A stretch of 31,006 bases of DNA from a virus. Its lineage: Duplodnaviria; Caudoviricetes. The translations under genes and the position numbers were made by a program. Location of the stretch: IMG/VR virus record IMGVR_UViG_3300020044_004894, positions 1-31,006 of that record; one strand, written 5' to 3'. The notes under the pieces were generated by a model, which was not told the origin of the DNA, made no database searches, and worked only from the letters and a program-made list of their open reading frames with translations. Shown here one piece after another: positions 26,544 to 31,006 of the stretch (position 1 is the first letter of the stretch; every line of letters starts with the position of its first letter).

Positions 26544-26879
26544 ATGACTTATAAAAAAACAATTATGACACACTTGGACGAAGTTCTTTTCGGATATAAA
26601 GAAGAGGACAAAAAAACGAATTACGAATTGGATTTTGAATTCATTCAGCAATTGGCCGAACGAATGGAATCAAATAAAAATAAATATCAACCTTATAATT
26701 GGCAAAAGCCAATTGATATTGAAAAATTGAAACAATCATTGTTTCGACACGTTGTTGAAATAATGAAAGGAAATTTCAAAGATGAAAATCGCGAATTTGG
26801 TCACCTGGAGGCAATCGCATTAAATTCAATGTTTATAAATTACCAATTGAAAAATGAAAACAAACGAAATTCTTTATAA
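26544..26879 (+). CDS. dATP/dGTP diphosphohydrolase-like (DUF5664-type) protein
   Basis: KY..YNW.K...SL.RH...D.....HL..IA.N..F pattern. Confidence 0.65.
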   Translation: MTYKKTIMTHLDEVLFGYKEEDKKTNYELDFEFIQQLAERMESNKNKYQPYNWQKPIDIEKLKQSLFRHVVEIMKGNFKDENREFGHLEAIALNSMFINYQLKNENKRNSL

Positions 26880-27051
26880 AATTTATATTGATAGTAATTG
26901 CACAAGGACGGAATTTTGTAAAATGTTAGGTTACAAAAAAAGTCAATCCAATATGTCGCAATGGTTAAATTTTAAAAACGAACTATCTTTGAATCAATTA
27001 TTAAAATTTTGTAATAAATTAAATGTTAAACTAAAAATTGAATTATTATGA
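26854..27051 (+). CDS. Cro/XRE-type HTH protein
   Basis: RTEFCKMLG...SQSNMSQWL...L.KFC..LNV. Confidence 0.75.
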   Translation: MKTNEILYKIYIDSNCTRTEFCKMLGYKKSQSNMSQWLNFKNELSLNQLLKFCNKLNVKLKIELL

Positions 27052-27287
27052 CACTAAAAGAGAAATTTAAAAAGCAATTAGATACTGCAACGCCAACTTT
27101 AAATAGACCATTTTATCAATCAGAAAAATGCGAAAAAATAGCAGATGAATTCGCTATTGAGTTTGCTGATTGGTGTATTAAAAATAATTTGGTTGAATAT
27201 TATGTACTTTCTATATTGTATAAAACAGATTATAAATATTCAATTGAAGAATTATTAGAAACATTTAAAAAAGAAAAAGGATTATGA
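27048..27287 (+). CDS. Hypothetical protein (MTLKEKF family, copy 1)
   Basis: ATGA-coupled ORF. Confidence 0.75.
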   Translation: MTLKEKFKKQLDTATPTLNRPFYQSEKCEKIADEFAIEFADWCIKNNLVEYYVLSILYKTDYKYSIEELLETFKKEKGL

Positions 27288-27550
27288 CACTAAAAGAAAA
27301 GTTTGAAAAAGAGGGATTTAGTAATTGTGATTATTTAGAACAAGTAGCGGAAGAATTTGCTATTGAAGTTTTAGAACATTATCACAATGGTATATTTTTT
27401 ATATCATTAAAAAAAGGCGAGGCAAAAAAAATATTAGAATATATAAAACAAATAAATTATTATGACGGCAAAACAATCAAATCTTCAAAGAATTTTAAGG
27501 ATCTTAAAATTTTATTATCAACGCGGTTGCAACAAAGAATCAGTAAATAG
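27284..27550 (+). CDS. Hypothetical protein (MTLKEKF family, copy 2)
   Basis: Paralogue of the previous gene: A(D/E)EFAIE motif. Confidence 0.7.
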   Translation: MTLKEKFEKEGFSNCDYLEQVAEEFAIEVLEHYHNGIFFISLKKGEAKKILEYIKQINYYDGKTIKSSKNFKDLKILLSTRLQQRISK

Positions 27551-27590
27551 AATTTATTTTCAAATCTTAAAAGAAAAATTCTCAAAATGA
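27462..27590 (+). CDS. Small basic protein, 42 aa (MTAKQSNLQRILR...RGCNKESVN...)
   Basis: Manually translated; ATGA-coupled to the next ORF. Confidence 0.55.
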   Translation: MTAKQSNLQRILRILKFYYQRGCNKESVNRIYFQILKEKFSK

Positions 27591-27745
27591 TTTTATTTAC
27601 ATTCTTTTTTTGGGTGCAACGAAATGACGATTGGCACGACTTGGAAATTGAAATAGAGGCTGAAAATATAAACGACGCACTTATTCAATATTACAACAAA
27701 TATCCGATTTCAAAAATCACCAGGATTGATTTTAAATATTTATAA
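27587..27745 (+). CDS. Hypothetical protein, 52 aa
   Basis: Manually translated; fills the gap to 27748. Confidence 0.6.
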   Translation: MILFTFFFWVQRNDDWHDLEIEIEAENINDALIQYYNKYPISKITRIDFKYL

Positions 27746-27747
27746 TT

Positions 27748-28605
27748 ATGAAAACATTTAACAGTATTTCCGGAGGAAAAACAAGTGCTTATTTAGAAGT
27801 TAATTATCCAAGTGATTTTCGTGCTTTTTCTTTAGTTAGAACAAACGATTTAAATTGTTTATTTCCGGATAAAAAATTAAGGCAAATGGTATCCGATGAA
27901 TTAGGAATTGAATTTATTGGAACTTTAGAAGATAATATAATTATTAATACTATTTTTGATTTAGAACAATTTACCGGTAGAAAAATAAAATGGGTAACTG
28001 GAAAAACATTTGAAGAAATTATTGACAGAAAATCCGGAATTCCAAATTTACCTCAACCAATGAGAAGATTTTGCACAAAAGAATTAAAAGTTGATCCGTT
28101 ATTTAATTATTGGAAATCTTTAAACATTGAGCCTTGGGAATGTCGTTTTGGTTTTAGAGCAAACGAAACTAATCGAGCAAAAAATACAAATAATAAATTA
28201 AACGAAAATGGGTTATTAACTCACAAGGGTATAATTGGAAAATCTAAAAACGGAAAAAATATTTGGAAAGAATTTGAATATCAAAAACCTTTTTATCCAT
28301 TAATAGAAGATAATATTTATAAAGATAAAATTGAATTATTTTGGAAAAATAAACCAGTTAGATTTGCTTGGATGAATAATTGCGTTGGTTGTATGCACAA
28401 AAACCCAATACTTTTAAAAAAAATGATGATATTACACCCGGAAAATTTACAATGGTTTATAAATAAAGAAAATGAAGCCAAAATAATGAAAGGTAACACT
28501 TGGCGACAAGATACAACATATTCTGAAATTCAAAAATGGAATCCACAATATGAAATGTTTTTGGAAGATTTCAACGAATGTGATTCCGGATATTGCGGAC
28601 TTTAA
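27748..28605 (+). CDS. PAPS-reductase-family (PP-loop) protein
   Basis: SISGGKTS, RFCTKELK..P, GFRANE..R, NCVGC and C-terminal CDSGYC. Confidence 0.8.
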   Translation: MKTFNSISGGKTSAYLEVNYPSDFRAFSLVRTNDLNCLFPDKKLRQMVSDELGIEFIGTLEDNIIINTIFDLEQFTGRKIKWVTGKTFEEIIDRKSGIPNLPQPMRRFCTKELKVDPLFNYWKSLNIEPWECRFGFRANETNRAKNTNNKLNENGLLTHKGIIGKSKNGKNIWKEFEYQKPFYPLIEDNIYKDKIELFWKNKPVRFAWMNNCVGCMHKNPILLKKMMILHPENLQWFINKENEAKIMKGNTWRQDTTYSEIQKWNPQYEMFLEDFNECDSGYCGL

Positions 28606-28617
28606 AAAATAAATATT

Positions 28618-29829
28618 ATGACTTTACGCGACTATCAAATTGACATTGTAAACAAAGGAAAAACGATTTTGAAGCAATTCGGAATCGTTTACCTTGCAAT
28701 GGAAGTTCGGACCGGAAAAACCGCAACCGCCTTAACAATCGCAAAAGATTATAAACGCGTTTTATTTATAACTAAAAAAAAGGCGATTCAATCAATTTTA
28801 GAAGATTTCAGCGCTTTAAATTACAATTATGAATTAGTTGTCATTAACAACGAATCGTTGCATAAAATCGACGGAAAATTCGATTTGATTATTTCGGACG
28901 AACATCACCGAAACGGAACTTACCCAAAGCCAAATTTGTCGGCGAAATTTATTCGCGCTAATTTTTCAAATTTGCCAATGATATTTTTGTCCGGAACTCC
29001 GTCACCGGAATCATTCTCACAATTATATCACCAATTTTGGATTTCGAACAATTCACCTTTTAAAAATTACAAAAATTTTTATAGTTGGGCCAAAGATTTC
29101 GTCACTATTCAAGAGAAAAATTTCGGTTATGCGGTGATTAAAGATTATAGCACCGCAAATTTTTCTAAAATAAATGATTATGTTTCAAAATATTTTATTA
29201 AATTTACCCAAAATGAAGCGGGATTTGAAACAAAGGTAAATGAAAACGTTCTAATTTGTGATTTGAAACCAGGGACAATCCAATTGATTGAGCAATTGAA
29301 ACGTGATTTGATTATTGTCGGCAAAGAAGAGGAAATCATTGCAGACACAAAGGTCAAATTAATGCAAAAGATTCATCAATTAAGTAGCGGGACAATCATT
29401 TTTGAATCCGGAAACGCAAAAGTAATTGACTATTCAAAGGCCGAATTCATAAAATCAAAGTTTAAAAATAAAAAAATTGCGATATTTTATAAATTTCAAC
29501 AAGAATTAAACGCTTTGAAATTTGTCTTCGGTGATATGTTGACGACCAATTTGGAGGAATTCAATTCAACGGACAAAAATATTGCATTGCAAATTGTTTC
29601 GGGACGTGAGGGAATCAGTTTAAAAAACGCGGACGTTTTGGTTTATTACAATATCGATTTTAGTGCGCTTTCATATTGGCAAAGCCGTGACCGATTAACG
29701 ACAATGGACCGCAAATCAAATGAAGTGTATTGGATATTTTCACGAAACGGAATTGAACAACAAATTTATAATAAAGTAATAAACAAAAAAGATTTTACTT
29801 TGAATCATTTTAAAACTGAATATTTATGA
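28618..29829 (+). CDS. SF2 (SNF2-like) helicase
   Basis: LRDYQ, RTGKT, DEHH, LSGTP, REGISL and QSRDR motifs. Confidence 0.9.
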   Translation: MTLRDYQIDIVNKGKTILKQFGIVYLAMEVRTGKTATALTIAKDYKRVLFITKKKAIQSILEDFSALNYNYELVVINNESLHKIDGKFDLIISDEHHRNGTYPKPNLSAKFIRANFSNLPMIFLSGTPSPESFSQLYHQFWISNNSPFKNYKNFYSWAKDFVTIQEKNFGYAVIKDYSTANFSKINDYVSKYFIKFTQNEAGFETKVNENVLICDLKPGTIQLIEQLKRDLIIVGKEEEIIADTKVKLMQKIHQLSSGTIIFESGNAKVIDYSKAEFIKSKFKNKKIAIFYKFQQELNALKFVFGDMLTTNLEEFNSTDKNIALQIVSGREGISLKNADVLVYYNIDFSALSYWQSRDRLTTMDRKSNEVYWIFSRNGIEQQIYNKVINKKDFTLNHFKTEYL

Positions 29830-30095
29830 AATACGAAATTGTAGAATTTACACCGGAAAAAATCGAGTTTAATGATAAATTTTTTGGAATAAGAAGACGA
29901 AACTTCTTTGAAAATTTATTTAATTACGGAGGGGATTATTTTGATTTTGCGAATTTATGTTATAATCCAATAAGAACTTATTTTTGGAAGTCAAAAAGCG
30001 CTCACTTTGCAGATTGTAAAACAAAAGATATAAATTTATTGTATTACACTCACGCACGACTTTGTAATAATGTAGTGAATAATGTAATAAAATAA
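29826..30095 (+). CDS. Hypothetical protein, 89 aa
   Basis: Translationally coupled ORF. Confidence 0.65.
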   Translation: MKYEIVEFTPEKIEFNDKFFGIRRRNFFENLFNYGGDYFDFANLCYNPIRTYFWKSKSAHFADCKTKDINLLYYTHARLCNNVVNNVIK

Positions 30096-30316
30096 TGGCG
30101 GACATTACAATGTGTAACGGAGGTAATTGTAACTTAAAATTTACGTGCTATCGATATAAAGCAACACCGAACGAATTTCGACAATCTTATTTTATAGAAG
30201 TACCTTTTAAAAATAATGAATGCAACGAATATTTAGAATATTGCGAAAAATGTAATCAATTTAATGGAGTTCACAAATTGAGTTGTTCAACACAAAAACA
30301 AATAATAAATTTATGA
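30095..30316 (+). CDS. Small Cys-rich protein (ITMC...C...CYRY; CEKC...H..SC)
   Basis: Two Cys clusters, possible metal binding. Confidence 0.7.
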   Translation: MADITMCNGGNCNLKFTCYRYKATPNEFRQSYFIEVPFKNNECNEYLEYCEKCNQFNGVHKLSCSTQKQIINL

Positions 30317-30543
30317 GAATAATTGAATATATTTTGAATCGGTTTTTTATTCCGTTCAATTTCGTGCTTATGTTTTTATTTAAACGTTGTTTGGGTGCAA
30401 GTATTCAAATGAGTTTTGATTTGGAAACATTCCAGACAAAAAAAGGAAATTTTGAAATTAATTTATATCATTTGCAAAAAATTGATAATTCAAAATATCA
30501 CAAAGTAATATCAATAAAAACACTATTAAAAATTAAGTTATGA
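30313..30543 (+). CDS. Hypothetical protein
   Basis: ATGA-coupled start at 30313. Confidence 0.6.
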   Translation: MRIIEYILNRFFIPFNFVLMFLFKRCLGASIQMSFDLETFQTKKGNFEINLYHLQKIDNSKYHKVISIKTLLKIKL

Positions 30544-30737
30544 ATTTAGCATTGACTTTTGATATTGGTGACATTGTTTTTTTAAAAACTGACTCGGAAC
30601 AATTACCGAGAGTAATCACCGGAATTTTAATGCGTCCAAATGGATTTTTATATTACCTTTCAAATTCAACAAATGAAACAAGTCACTACGAAATTGAAAT
30701 TTCAAAAGAAGTAAACGAAACAATAAAACTATTTTAA
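30540..30737 (+). CDS. Small SH3-like/YorP-like protein
   Basis: FDIGDIVFLK...VITGI...Y pattern. Confidence 0.55.
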   Translation: MNLALTFDIGDIVFLKTDSEQLPRVITGILMRPNGFLYYLSNSTNETSHYEIEISKEVNETIKLF

Positions 30738-30742
30738 AAATT

Positions 30743-31006
30743 ATGAAAACAGCAGTAGAATTTTTAATTGAAAAACTAATCCCACAAACAATAACACAAG
30801 AACAATTTTATGTTATTGAACAAGCCAAAGAAATAGAAAAGCAACATATTATTGATGCTTGGAAAGATGGTCAAAATTCATTTACTACAATTAATGCAAA
30901 AAAATATTATAAAGAACGATTTAAAAACAAAGAAGAACCTATACAAGAAATACTTGAAAATCTTGAAAATCAATTAAAAAAAGTAATAAAAGAAAATCCA
31001 ATAGAT
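30743..31006 (+). CDS. Hypothetical protein (MKTAVEFL...QAKEIEKQHIIDAW), runs off the window end
   Basis: 88 open codons to the last base. Confidence 0.7.
   Translation, partial: MKTAVEFLIEKLIPQTITQEQFYVIEQAKEIEKQHIIDAWKDGQNSFTTINAKKYYKERFKNKEEPIQEILENLENQLKKVIKENPID

Larger units (their letters stand above)
1..31006 (+). mobile_element. Tailed dsDNA bacteriophage genome (siphovirus-like, probable Flavobacteriia host), apparently lytic
   Basis: Terminase, portal, capsid, tape measure, lysis and replication genes all on the + strand; no host housekeeping genes; no integrase seen. Confidence 0.95.

Overview
The whole window is a compact, AT-rich tailed-phage (siphovirus-like) genome, probably complete or nearly so. 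All credible genes lie on the + strand, and no integrase was found. A Flavobacteriia/Bacteroidota host is inferred from the promoter-like motifs, the A-rich start contexts without Shine-Dalgarno sequences, and a BT4734/VirE-N primase-polymerase. Gene order: VRR-NUC, ECF-like sigma factor, terS/terL, a 600-bp non-coding control hub, tail genes ending in the tape measure, protease-scaffold, major capsid, tail tube, portal, adaptor, fibre, lysis cassette, metallophosphoesterase, and an early/replication operon. The most interesting signals are non-coding: two Fur-box-like operators before the early operon and the tail operon (possible host iron control of the phage), two related GACGC/GCGTC iteron elements 20 kb apart (possible bipartite origin), a structured sRNA candidate antisense to ATGAAAAC start regions, and a late-promoter motif that would give leaderless mRNAs. 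Also notable are a -1 frameshift yielding two similar-sized proteins, a possible beta-barrel-anchored spanin, a shared triple-heptad docking motif, and apparent AGCT avoidance. All family assignments come from motif recognition by eye; no database searches were run.
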